This document shows, in pieces, positions 15,016-27,214 of a DNA stretch of 64,000 nt. The DNA is taken from positions 9,912,432 to 9,976,431 of the forward strand of contig CM119263.1 of the NCBI GenBank assembly GCA_051294375.1. The letters are read 5' to 3'. The notes under the pieces were generated by a model. It was not told the origin of the DNA, searched no databases, and saw only the letters and a list, made by a program, of their open reading frames with translations. Both the position numbers and the translations under genes were made by a program. The stretch is from Paraspadella gotoi (lineage: Eukaryota > Animalia > Chaetognatha). Numbering within the stretch: position 1 is the stretch's first letter; every line of letters begins with the position of its first letter.

Positions 15016-15252
15016 TGTGGAAGACGATGCCGCGAGCAGTTTAGCGTCCGTTGCACACAAGGTCCCGAACTTCGGATCGGGCTGTAGTCCGACACTACAG
15101 GTGGGTTAGACGCCCCGTCCCGCTTTTACTTGTGTGAATCAGCAGGGCGCGAACCCGAGTCCTTTGGGTTGGGAGGACATCGTGCTACCTCCGGCGCCAT
15201 AGGTGCTGCTGATTCTCGGACGAGTAGCAGGGTATGAAATACTACCGCTACA
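15016..15252 (-). mobile_element. Solo LTR, family D (diverged relative of family A)
   Basis: TG...CA termini, CAAC TSD, tRNA-like A/B boxes (TGGCGCCGGAGG, GGTTCGCGCCC), twister-like fold at 15054-15136. Confidence 0.85.
15054..15136 (-). ncRNA. Twister-like ribozyme in family D solo LTR
   Basis: Same layout as family A with compensatory changes in P3, P4, P5 and T2 (AC:GT); predicted cleavage 15108/15107. Confidence 0.75.
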
Positions 15253-16405
15253 CAACACTTTAAAATAAAAGTTTTGTAATGAAAATTTAAATCGTTTTAT
15301 TAAAATAATAATTATAATAATAAGAATTTAAGAGAACGCAAAAATTGACCAAGCAAAATACATTTTTTTACTTTTAAAAGAATTTTTAAAATTTTTAAAA
15401 AAATATTTTGGGTTATTTTACCGACCGGGGTTAGGGAGGGGTGAGGGTTAAGGGTGGTTTCAGGTTAGGGGTAGTTAGGGTGAAGAGGGTTTAGGTTTAG
15501 GGTAATTCGGTAATATTTTTTTTTAAATGTTTTTTTTTTAAAAATAAGTATTTTTAAGTAGTTTTTCAAAAGCCGCCAAAACCGCGGTCGGCGAAAGTAA
15601 AATTTAGGCGCTCTACATTCTCCAGCATGCTTTGGAGGCTGTTGTAATGGTTGTGTAATGTGTATGTAGCAAGCCTTGGAAATTGATGTGACATACTTTA
15701 ACTAATAAATCTGAGTGGACGGTAAAACCATTTATACTTTTGAGGAAATCAATGATCTCGTCAAAGCTATGTCAGAAATCATTCAAGCGAGGGTAGCGCA
15801 AAGGGTGTTGGAACTATTTTGTTGGAATTGCGGCAAACATCTTTTTTTTAGGCCCACCCATATTATGCCAGATATAAATTAAGCTACGATGATTTTGAAA
15901 ATCTTTTGGCACAGGATAGGGAAGGGTGTGGTTAGTAGAGCGTAGTGAAAGTTACGTACGGAAATTCTAAGTCAATTTGAACAACATACCATCAGTGAAC
16001 ATTAATTTGTAAAAAAAATTAATTTTAAGTTTTTTAATTTTCGCAGTAGGCTATATTTATATATAGTACTATCCTTATAAAATCGAAAAATTTCAAAATA
16101 GGCTTTTCTTAATTTTAATTGCAGATTTGAATTCCTCATCAAAAGTTGATAAAAGAAAATATAAATCATTTTTAAAAATTCTTTCATTAAGTGGGTTAAA
16201 AATTAAAAAAACTATATTAAATATATAAAAAATTAATTTTCAGTTTAAAATATAGCTTTTTTTAAATTTTGACCCACTTAATGAAGGAATTTTTCAAAAA
16301 GAGTTATATTTTTTTTCATCAACTTTTTATGACGAATCCAAATCTGAAAAAAAATCTTAGAAAAAACTGTTTTGAAATTTTAACATTTATTGGATTAGTA
16401 CTAGT

Positions 16406-17938
16406 GGCAGTGATTTCTATCGAGGAATTCAGCAAAAAAACCACTTTTTGCAATATTGCTAGAATATTACCTACAAAATTAATTAAATTTGAACCCGAAG
16501 ACAAAGTGGGCTAGACAACGGATTAATTGAAATCATCTGCAGCATTTTCTAATCAAGAATCAATATCATTTTTGCTACTTTTAATAAAAAAAATTATGTC
16601 CATTTTTGTCCATTTTGACTTTTGTCTTGAGATTTGAATGACAAGATGGTTTGAGAAAATTTTTTTATTTCGGTTTTCGGGTCCTTTTTATCTTCCTTAC
16701 CTCTGAGTCAGTTGATATTCAATTGAAAAAATATTGTTTGCCTTTGAATTAATTTTAAAATTGACTAGTCAAAAACTCACATTTTTAGTTTTTATATTAC
16801 ATTTGTTAAACAAAAATAGTTAGATTTACTTACAATTCTAGGCAAATATTCCTATTCAACTGAGCTTCCAACGCCTAAAAAATTATGGCAAAATATTCAA
16901 TACTTTGGCTGTAAAAGAAATTTTAAGCCGACTTTTAATTTGTGAGGTTTTGTGAGGTGCATTTTTTTTAAACTAAAACTCGTTTTTAACTAATTTTATA
17001 GTTTCATCAGATGAGAAACACACTAATGTTCAAGTTTTTAAAAAAAAACCGCATTTCTTTTGTCATAGGGAGCTTCAGGACATTTTTTTCTCCCAATCGA
17101 CACGTTTTTGCGGAAAAAATTTCCGCAAAAATCTGTCGATTTTTTAAATCTGCTAGGCAACCAAACTTCCGCTAAAATCTTGCACTACCCTCTTTTTTTT
17201 CTTACAATACATTTGAAAGATTTGAAAAATTAATGAGAAGGAGAAAAAGATAAGAGAAGCAAAGTATGGGTGAAAAAAAAATGGGAAGGGAGAGGGAGAA
17301 CAAGTGGAAAAAAAATATTATATGAGGAGAAGAGGGAGAACGAGAATGATTAAGAGAAAAAAAAAAGAAAGAAGGAAGAAAGAGAATCAGAGAGGGAGAG
17401 AAAAGCAGAGATAGAGCGGAAGGGAAATAAAGGTAAAGGAAGAAAGAATGGATGACACAGATAATTATGAGGAGAGAAAAGTAAGAGAAAGGGAGGAAGA
17501 CAGAGAGAAAGAGAGAGGGACAGAGAGAAAGTCAAAAGAGAAAAGTAAATAAGAAAAGGAGTAGAAAAAAAGGAAAAAAGTTTTATACTATAGCATGCCG
17601 TTTTTTTGCCTAAGCAGTACTTTATCTAAAATACGTGACAGATCTTACGTGCAATTTAATCTCTAAAAGTTGGTCTAACCATGAAAAATCGTTTTTAATG
17701 TCTTCTTAATTAAGGATGATACCGTATTTGGAATGATCGTCGTAAAAGAATCATGTCTTACCGTATTTTGAAAGCATAGAAATTCACCCAGTGACTTCTA
17801 TGTTATAAAGAGAAGATAACTATAACCAACCGTTTTTTTAAATAAAGGGTGTTTCATATTTATCAGTGGGAAAAAAGAAATAATAGTTAGTAAAGTTCCA
17901 AATTCATCGTTGAAAATACCCAAATAGAAATCACTGCC
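16406..17938. mobile_element. TIR DNA element nested in the Kolobok-like MITE
   Basis: TIR ggcagtgatttctat / atagaaatcactgcc; TAGT duplicated relative to the uninterrupted copy (agtactagtataaat at ~50246). Confidence 0.8.
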
Positions 17939-18274
17939 TAGTATAAATATGGCCTACTGCGTAAATTGTAAAATTTATTATAAATTTTTTTTTATACATA
18001 AATGTTCATTAGTATAATGTTGTTCGTTCTCACTTTTAGAATTTTAATAAAGTTAAATTTAGAAATTTTACTACGCCTTAGTGGTTAGTAACCACGCCCT
18101 TCCCTATCCACATACAAAATTTTAAGTTAATCAAACAAGCCAATCGCGAGTAATTTGAGTTAAGCAGATCCCGACTCTATAATTCACTTTGTCGGTCCGT
18201 CGGTCCACCCCCCCCAATCTTGACGGGCATTCACTTAGATCATGTCAGAACATCAAATTATGATAAATTATGCA

Positions 18275-18907
18275 TGGTTTAATCCTTTCTTTTCATTGCG
18301 GTTTGGAATTTAGTGAAAACATTTTTTTAATTTTCATTACAAAACAACGATTATTTGCTTTTAACAAAGCATACATGTTTCGGCTCTAGTGCAAGCCTTT
18401 ACCAGCACTTTTTTACATTGTGAAATATGTGAGTGAAAAATCAATAAAGAAGAGAGAGAGAGAGAGCTCTTTCTTAATTCGATTTTTCTTTATCTTTCAC
18501 TTATCTATCCCTCACCTTCTATTCAATATCTATTTTCAAATTTACTTTACTAAAACAATTTTTAGGCAATTTATTTATTTCAAAAGTGTTAACAGTCAAG
18601 TTTTCATTGTTGTACATTGTTCAAATGCTCCCTCTCTCTCTTTGACCAAATTTCACTTCTTTTCACAACTTACTCAATCTGGCCTAATCTCAAATCTGTC
18701 CTCATCTCTAACCACTGTCCTTTATCAATCCTTTGTTGGAAACTTTAAATTTTTCTTTTTCTCTCTCTTTATTGATTTTTCACTCACATATTTTACAATG
18801 TAAAAAAGCGCTGATGAAGGCTTGCACTAGAGCCAAAACATGTCTGCTTTATGTTAAATACAAAAAATCGTTTTGTAACAAAAATTAAAAAAATTGTTTT
18901 CTCTAAA
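18275..18907. mobile_element. Penelope-like remnant with inverted ends, each holding a degenerate hammerhead ribozyme
   Basis: ~150-bp inverted repeats (~18306-18460 / ~18760-18907); CTGATGA-a-GGC..GCC-(G/A)AAA-CATGTC; 13-bp TSD gataaattatgca. Confidence 0.65.
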
Positions 18908-21239
18908 GATAAATTATGCAAAAAAAATTATATCCGTCCATCCGTTCGTCCCCCCTTAGAAAAAAACTCCAATTACTCGTGATTGGGTGGTTGGATTGGA
19001 ATGAAATTTTGTGTGTAGGAAAGTGTGTGATGAATGTGCATACAAAGTTTCGATGGAATCGTTTGAGCGGAAATGAGTTTAAATGGAAAAAACATAAGTC
19101 GCATTTACTAAAATGTTTTTACTTATTTTAACCCATAATTACTCGAATTAATCATAATTGAATTAATAGATAGAGATGAAATTTTGTTTGCGGGTAGGAA
19201 AGTGTGTGAAGAATCTGGAAATAAGTTTAAATGGAAAAAACATAAATCACATTTACCTGAATCTTTATTATTTATGATTACTTATAAATGTTTTAATTAA
19301 TTAATTAATTATCGTAGGCAGATCCGACATCGTTTGCTCAAACTTTTTTTCCAATAATTTTCGAGGTTCTGAGAAGATACAAGATTTTGGGGTGTAACCG
19401 ACGGACCAATAAACTGACTTCAAGTAGGGGTAGCCCCACTCAATGAGGTGAGACAAAAATTTAGAATGATGACATGCTCAAACGAAAATTTATATATTTT
19501 CAAGTATACTTTCAATGGACAAAACATTTCTTATATGGCTCGAAACCCAAATAATTATTTTTTTAATATTTATTAAGATAGGAAAGCCAAAAATTTTTTT
19601 GGATAATTTTTTAAATTTTAAGACCAGATTCAGATAGCTCATAAAAAGTGGTCTACACAGTAGAGATCCTGATTATTATTATTATTAAGAAAGAAAAGAA
19701 AATCGCCGGTCGAATTATTGAAAAACCAATGCCCGCTAAGAAATTGTTTTGCTCCCTCTGTTCAAACGCCGGTCGCAAAACGTTACCTTATTTTTTTTTA
19801 ACCGTATTTACTTTACAAATGTAAACCAAATGAATTCCACTTTGTACAATTAGCCAATTCGATTTCATACGCTTTTCTGATTTCAATAATTTCAATAATT
19901 CAACCATTTTTATCTCGACCACCTCCACTACACAAAGTATAATTCTTTTTTAAATATTTTCATGGTGAGTCAAAAATAAGAACAAGTTTGAGCAAACAAT
20001 GTCGATCTGCCTACGATAATTAATAATTAATCGATTAATTAATTAATAAATTTATAATATGTAATATTAATTTTAAATTTATATTCAACTTATCATCATC
20101 ATGATGTCCTAAAATTGGTTAGGACAGTTATTAAATATGTTTTGTTTACATTTTATCAAAACAAACAAATATCCCTATTTTATTATGTCTCCTTCTCTCT
20201 CTCTCTCACTCACTCTCTCTCTCTCTCTCTTTTTATGCAATTGCGACGATCTTTATGCTTTTAAGAATTTTTAACTTGCATCATTTTTTCACATTAATTA
20301 ATTAATTAATAAAACATTTATTAGTAAATCATTAATATTAAAGATTCAAGTAAATGTGACTTATGTTTTTTCCATCTAAACTCATTTCCACTGGCACAAT
20401 TCCGTCAAAACTTTATATAATTATTATATATTAATAAATATTTAAAAGCTTCAGTGCAACAATCCAATGAACTAATTCAAAGATTACATTGAAAATCGAT
20501 TTAGTAGTAAAAGGAAAAAAAAAAATTTAAAGAGAACTAGAAGTTATAAAAATGTTCAATTTTGGCCCGCCTTACTAGATATTAGCCGGAACAGGTTGAA
20601 AACTAGAAGTTCTCTCAAATAAATAATGGTTAAGCGACTATAAATTATATGAAAATGAAATAATTTTAAAATTTTGCTTATCAATTTTTTTTATAGATTC
20701 TGATAGAGCTTTAAAAGTTAGATAAAGGTTATTAATACAACTTTTAAAATTTGTTGTTTTATTAATGAAAAATTTAAAAAAAAATAAAATTCAGCCAATA
20801 ATGATGATGATGATGATTTTTTAAGGTTTTTTATTTTAACCAATTTATTGTCAAAATTTGAAAAAAAATTATAAAATTTAACTTTTTAAGCTCTACAAGA
20901 ACCCGTTCTTAAAAAAATCAAATTTAAAAAAAAAAATTTTGTCATTTATTATATATTAATAAATATTTAAAAGCTTCAGTGCAACAACCCAATGAACAAT
21001 TCAAAAAGTTACATTGAAAACGATTAGAGTAGTAGAAGGAAAAAAGAAATTTTTTTGGGAGAACTAGAAGTTATAAAAGTGTTCAATTTGCCCCGCCTTA
21101 CTAGATATATTGCATGTGATTAAGCAATGTTATCGAATAATAATTTTACCAATTTTATGTATTTTGTAAGTATTTTAAGTATTTTTATTAAGTGAGTAAA
21201 TTAACAACTTTTATTCGCTAATTTTATCTCGGACTCTCT

Positions 21240-21760
21240 TCTCTCTGCAATTGCAACGATCATTATGCTCATTTTTCTGCTCTCTCTCTCTCTTCTTTCT
21301 TTGCAATTGCGATCATCCTTATGCTCATTTTTCTGCTCTCTTTCTCCTCTCTCTTTTCTCTCTCTCTCTTTGCAATTGCGACGATCTTATGCTCATTTTT
21401 CTGCTCTCTCTCTCTTTTGCAATGCAACGATCATTATGCTCATTTTTCTGTCTCTCTCTCTCTCTCTTTCTTCTTTGCAATTGCGATCATCCTTATGCTC
21501 ATTTTTCTGCTCTATCTCTTCTCTCTCTTCTCTCTTCCAATTGCGACGATCTTATGCTCATTTCTGCTTCTCTCTTTGCAATTGCAACGATCATTATGCT
21601 CATTTTTCTGCTCTCATCTCTCTCTCTCTTCTTCTGCAATTGCGATCATAACTTATGCTCATTTTTCTGCTCTCTTCTCTCTCTCTTGCAATTGCGACGA
21701 TCCTTATGCTCATTTTTCTGCTCTTCTCTCGTCCTCTCTCTCTCTTTGCAATTGCGAATC
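21240..21760. repeat. ~45-bp minisatellite (ctctttgcaattgcgacgatccttatgctcatttttctg plus variable CT run)
   Basis: About a dozen tandem units inside the DINE-like element. Confidence 0.9.
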
Positions 21761-22479
21761 CTTATTCTTTAGGATTTTTTTAACTTGCATCATTTTTCTT
21801 CTTGCATCATTTTTCAACCTGCATATTTTTTTTAAATTGCATCATTTTTTCACATTAATATAATTAATTAAAAACATTTATTAGTAACATAATAAATAAA
21901 GATTCAAGTAAATGTGACTTATGTTTTTTCCATTTAAACTCATTTCCACTCGTACATTTCCACCGAAACTTTATATCAAGCATCGATACACATTTTTCTA
22001 CCCACACAAAAATTTGAACTCAATAAGTAAAAAATATTAGTAAATGCGACTTATGTTTTTCTCACTTACTCCTTTCCATTCCACACGATTCCGTCGAAAC
22101 TTTATATCCAGCTTAATCACACACTTTCCTACCCAAACAAAATTTCATTCATCAATCCAACCACAATCACTGTATTGGAGCTTTTTGCTAGTGGGACGGA
22201 TGGACGGATTGATGACTGATTAATTAAATTATGATTAATTAATTGACTAATTGATTAATTAACTGATTAATTATTTGATTTATTAATACATCCTGCATAT
22301 ACATTTAATATAAAAGGAAAAAGAATCATAATCAATTAGTGAACAGGTTTTTTTTCCATTTAAACTCATTTCCATCCAAAAGATTCCATCGAAACTTGGT
22401 TTCCTGTTCAATCACACACTTTTCCTACTCACATGTACAAAATTCAGGTCAATCGATAATTAAGTGTGAATAAGCTAAC

Positions 22480-22860
22480 TTGTCAACTTGCATAATTTAA
22501 TCAACTGCATAATTTGGTCAACAAGACATAATTTGGTTAACTGACATAATTTTGTCTATGACATAATGGTAACTGACATAATTTGGTCAACTGACATAAT
22601 TTGATCAATTAAGATAATTTGTCAACCGGCATAATTTGGTCAATTGGCATAATTTTATCAACTGGCCTAATTGGTCAACTGGCATAATTTGGTCAACATG
22701 TCATAAGAACAGGCATATTTGGTCAACAGCATAATTTGGTCAACTTGCAGAACTTGATCAACTTGCAGAACTTGATCACTGCAGAATTTGTCAACGGCAT
22801 AATTTGGTCAACTTAAGAATTTGGTCAACTGGCATATTTTGCAATTGCATAATTGGCAAT
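22480..22860. repeat. 18-bp minisatellite (actggcataatttggtca)
   Basis: Tandem units; the reverse-complement array is at ~43140-43390. Confidence 0.9.
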
Positions 22861-23938
22861 CAATCAATCAATCTAGAGGAGATAATAAATAATATAAAAA
22901 TTCAAATAAATGTGCCTTTGTTTTCTAATTTGAACCTCTTTCCACTCCTATGACCATCAAAAAAATTTATATCCAGCTTTATCACATACTTTCCTACCCA
23001 CACACAAAATTCAATTTCGATTTATCTATCCAATTTTTAATAAACATAATAATTATGAGTAATTTAATAAAAATATTCAAAGTAAAATATGACTTTTGTT
23101 TTTTCCATTTATCTCATTTCACTCGCACGATTCCATAAACTTATATCCAGATCAATACACACTTCCAACCATCATACAAAATTTCAGTCAAGTGCCCTAT
23201 CCACTCATGAGCAATTGGCGTTCAAATAGTGAAATATATTTGTTTTTTTCCATTTAAACCCATTTCCACTCGCACGATCACATCGAAACTTCATATCCAT
23301 CTCGATCACACAGTTTCCTACCCACACACAAAATTTCATACCAATCCATCCATCCAATCACGAGTAATTGGAGTTTTTTGGCAAGGTGGGACGGACGGAC
23401 AGACAGACAGACAGACGGACATCATTTTTTTTGCATAATTTATCATAATTCGATGTTCTGACATGATATAAGTGTGTGCCCGATAATATTGAGGGGGCAG
23501 ACCGACGGACCGACAAAGTGAGTTATAGAGTCGGGATCTGCTGATAAGCAGATCCGTCTAAAAACCATAAAAAATCATCATCTTTTGATGATTTTATCAG
23601 TTTTCTATATTTTCACTTAGAAAACGTAAACATTTTTAAAAGCTGTAACTATATTTCTTGTTTATCTTTTTATGCTCTCTCGGAATCCATCCAAAAATTT
23701 GAGATTTAAAAAAAAGATTTATGTGAAAAAAAAAGTAATATTTAATGTATTAATCAAGACGTATAATGTAAAATTTTTTTTAAAATGATTGCCTAAATAT
23801 ATAGTCAAGACAACTCAAAAACTTTGCTAATAGTCGAAATTTTATATTATCCCCGGAGTTGGTCCCTACTTCAAGAGCCGGAATTAGTTATAGGCAGATC
23901 CGGCTAAAAATGCACTTTTTCTATTTCAAAGTACTAAC

Positions 23939-24149
23939 CAGTTTTATTTCTTAAAAAGTAAATGCATCGTCGTCCTGAAAGATGATCCGGTACTTGCCCT
24001 CGGCACAAATAAAGTCGAGTTTTTAAATATATTTCTTTGATTTTTCTAATTTCGTATTTCGGATTGGGTTCGCTGTGGGACATCGATCCTTTCGTCTTCC
24101 TTCCTTTTTTTTTTTCCTCGTGTTTTTCAACCGAGACCGCACTTTCGAC
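23939..24149 (-). CDS. DNAH10: DNAH10 exon 5
   Basis: VESAVSVEKHEEKKKG...VPDHLSGRRCIYFLRNKT; YFLRN matches DNAH10 FFLRN; AG/GT boundaries, phases 0/1. Confidence 0.82.
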
Positions 24150-24516
24150 CTATTTCAATGGTTTCGTTAATAATACAGTCCTGTGCAAAATAAAGAGGAC
24201 ACCCAAAAACATAAAAATAAATCCAGTTAGATTCTGATAAAATGAAAGATATTATATGTGAATAATATTTATTGAAAAAGGAACTATTGGTATAAATTTG
24301 GTTAATCCTGACTATCCGTTACGAAGCACTGATTTTTTTTTAAAAAGTAATTACTTAGTTACAACTACTAAGTACTCAAACAGAATGTTTGATAAAAAAA
24401 TTTAAGTATTTTTAACCTCTTGTGTTTAAAGTGCTGTAGCTCTGGAATGACAGGACCGATTTTTTTTTAAAGTTGAGTTTTTAAGATTTCCTCTTTCAAA
24501 AGTCCTTATTTCCCAT

Positions 24517-25172
24517 TGAAGAGACAGTAATTATTGTTATGTGTTAATGACAGAACCGTTCAATATAAGCAGTCCCTGAGCTTTGGATCAGGTTGTAACA
24601 CCGTGTTACAGGCGGGTTAAGCGCCCCGTCCCTCTTAACTGCTAGGCGGCCACCGGGCTAGAACCCCGGACCTTTGGGTTAGGAGGCGATTGACTTGCCT
24701 CTGGCACCAATGGCTGCTGATGAACGGTTGGTGGATTTTAGTCCACCATACATCCTCCCCTCCCGTAGGGAGAAGTCTGTTGCGTCTCTTCAGTGTATTG
24801 TTGTTGTTGGTGGAATGTTCGTCACCAAGTTGAGGCATGTTGCCTGATGTGTTGTTGTCGGAAAGTGCATCGCCAGGTTGAGGGATGTCGCCTGAAAGTG
24901 TTGTTGCTGCTGTTGTGTTTGGAAGTCAGGCTCACCAATGAAGAGACAGTAATTATTGTTATGTGTTAATGACAGAACCGTTCAATATAAGCAGTCACTG
25001 AGCTTCGGATCAGGCTGTAACACCGTGTTACAGGCGGGTTAAGCGCCCCGTCCCTCTTAATTGCTAGGTGACCACCGGGCTAGAACCCCGGACCTTTGGG
25101 TTGGGAGGCGATTGACTTGCCTCCGGCACCAATGGCTGCTAATGAACGGTTGGTGGATTTTAGTCCACCATA
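24517..25172 (-). mobile_element. Complete TRIM, family A (LTR contains tRNA-like head plus twister-like ribozyme)
   Basis: Two 234-bp direct repeats (24517-24750, 24939-25172), 188-bp internal part, PBS TGGTGAGCCTGAC, PPT GGGAGGGGAGGA, CCAT TSD on both sides. Confidence 0.92.
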
Positions 25173-26461
25173 CCATTCAGAATTTAAAAAAAAAATTAAA
25201 AGACAATGCCCATAAATTAAGGCTAAAAAGTATCTTCGGTTTTTGGCAGATCTTCAAAAATGTTTTTTTGAAGCAAATCAAATGACAAATTTTTTGGAAA
25301 ATTTGTCTTTTAGGAGCGATAGCTCTTGAATGCTTGGACCGATTTTCGTTTAATTTATACATAAATTTTCCATTTAAAAATTAAGAGTCTACGTCGTTCT
25401 TAGAAATCGAGGAAGACTTTTTCAATGGAGATTTTCGTTAAAATCTGACTACCAAATAATGTCAACGCCCCTGGGAAAAATTCAGGTAAAAAATAGATGT
25501 AAAAACACTCGATTCCGATCCTGTTGCATCTGAAGGGCTCGCATTTTTTTTCTCTCGACAAATAACCATCATTTTGACATCAAACCATCAGATTCAAATG
25601 GACTGGTCCGCTCGGGAAAATATTTTCAATGCAATTTTTATATATAAAATAAAGGGATTTCTCAACTTCAATACAATGTCAACGCATTTAACATATGTTG
25701 TGATTTTACAATAAACTTCAAATTCAGGAATCCAATAGCCATATGTCTGAAGGGCTCTCAAAATTTTTCTTTACATTTTATTTGGTTATTTTGATATGAT
25801 ACGATCATGGAAAAGTGCATTAGTCCATTTTGGTGAAATTTTTATTTAAAGTAAAAGTAAAAGAGCAGCTAACGATCGGAATTCTAAGAGTTTTCAACCG
25901 GGAGTCAGATTCAGTAAAAATCTTCTATGGCGAAAATCTTCCAAAGAAGGGGTGGATTTTCCGAAGATTTTGGTTGATATTTTCTATATTTATGGTAGGA
26001 TTTTTTTGAAACTTAATATTAACAATATTGCCATCATTCTACCTTGGCCGGTATAAGAATATATTAAAAAAACCTCTGGCTTTGTTCGTCAGAGCTTAGT
26101 CCTATAAAAATCTACATTTATCATTCATTTTTTTTCATAATATGTGCTTAAAACGAGCGCTACTAAATGTTTGAAGAGTCCTTTTTTTTTTGCGCAGGAC
26201 TAACTTAGTAGGAACGAAATTTGAAAATATTAAAGATTGATTAATTGATTGAAGATTAATCGTCGAAAGGAGATAACACCACTCTGATACACGAACAAGA
26301 ACCGGCAACTTCATGGTGTTACCTCGGAGTGACTTTCTTGAAAGGATGCATTTCCCACATACGCATACTCAAGTATGAAATACATACTGATGAAGACTCA
26401 AAAAACTAGAGTCAAAACTTGAACGTTTTTTGAAATAGAAAAAAGTTTTTTGTAAACAAAT

Positions 26462-26827
26462 TGAAGAGACAGCAATTATTGTGTTAGTGGCAGAACCGTT
26501 CAATATAAGCTCTCCCTGAGCTTCGGATCAGGCTGTAAAACCGTGTTACAGGCGGGTTAAGCGCCCCGTCCCTCTTAACTGCGAGGCGACCACCGGGCTA
26601 GCACCCCGGACCTTTGGGTTGGGAGGCGAATGACTTGCCTCTGGCACCTATGGCCGCTGATGAACGGTTGGTGGATTTTAGTCCACCCTACATCCCCCCC
26701 CTCCCGTAGTCTGTTGCGTCTCTTCAGTTAATTGTTGTTGTTGGTGGAAAGTTCGTCACAAAGTTGAGTCATGTCGCCTAATGTGTTGTTGGCAGTAAGT
26801 GCTGTAGGTGGATTTTAGTCCACCATA
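26462..26827 (-). mobile_element. TRIM family A copy, 5' LTR mostly deleted
   Basis: Intact 3' LTR, PPT and part of the internal region; both outer termini kept; AAAT TSD. Confidence 0.85.
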
Positions 26828-27125
26828 AAATAAACTTTGTTTAGTCTCGAAATATATACTTAAAATCAGCATCTGATAAGTATTAACTGAAATAATTAAA
26901 ACAAAAAATTAGCCACAGTCTTTCTGATCACGACGATTCAAGTGACTGCCTTTATACGAGATCAGATGACTGTACCCAAGTTTGAAATATGTACATAACA
27001 ATCGTTTAATGATCCCTAACCTATAAATATAAAACAATTTATAACCATAGCGAATAACTAGTTTTAGAGTTATGGTGAATCAACTTCTTGCGACGTTTCT
27101 GAATAAAAATGAAGCAGTGGCAAAC

Positions 27126-27214
27126 CTGGTCATCTCCACCTTCAACTCTGAGTCGGTCATGTTCGGCCAAAGTTTCCAAATTTCCGGCTGACAAATCGAT
27201 CCCCGCGCGGGAAA
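27126..27214 (-). CDS. DNAH10: DNAH10 exon 4 (variable region)
   Basis: VSRAGIDLSAGNLETLAEHDRLRVEGGDDQ; GC-elevated unique sequence with AG/GT ends whose phases (1/0) bridge exons 3 and 5. No recognisable conserved motif. Confidence 0.65.

Larger units (their letters stand above)
19981..23564 (+). mobile_element. DINE-1/Helentron-like non-autonomous element with internal minisatellites
   Basis: Begins aacaagtttgagcaaacaatgtcgatctgc and ends in hairpin ggatctgct-gata-agcagatcc; (GGAC/AGAC)n microsatellite near that end; colinear with 34843-37615. Confidence 0.75.

Noticed and set aside
22480-22860. CRISPR-like regular repeats
   Set aside because: Head-to-tail 18-bp units without unique spacers, in a eukaryotic context with no cas genes.
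24715-24750. Hammerhead core CTGATGA in the family A LTR (plus strand)
   Set aside because: No GAAA after the following stem, and it is antisense to the PBS-defined strand.
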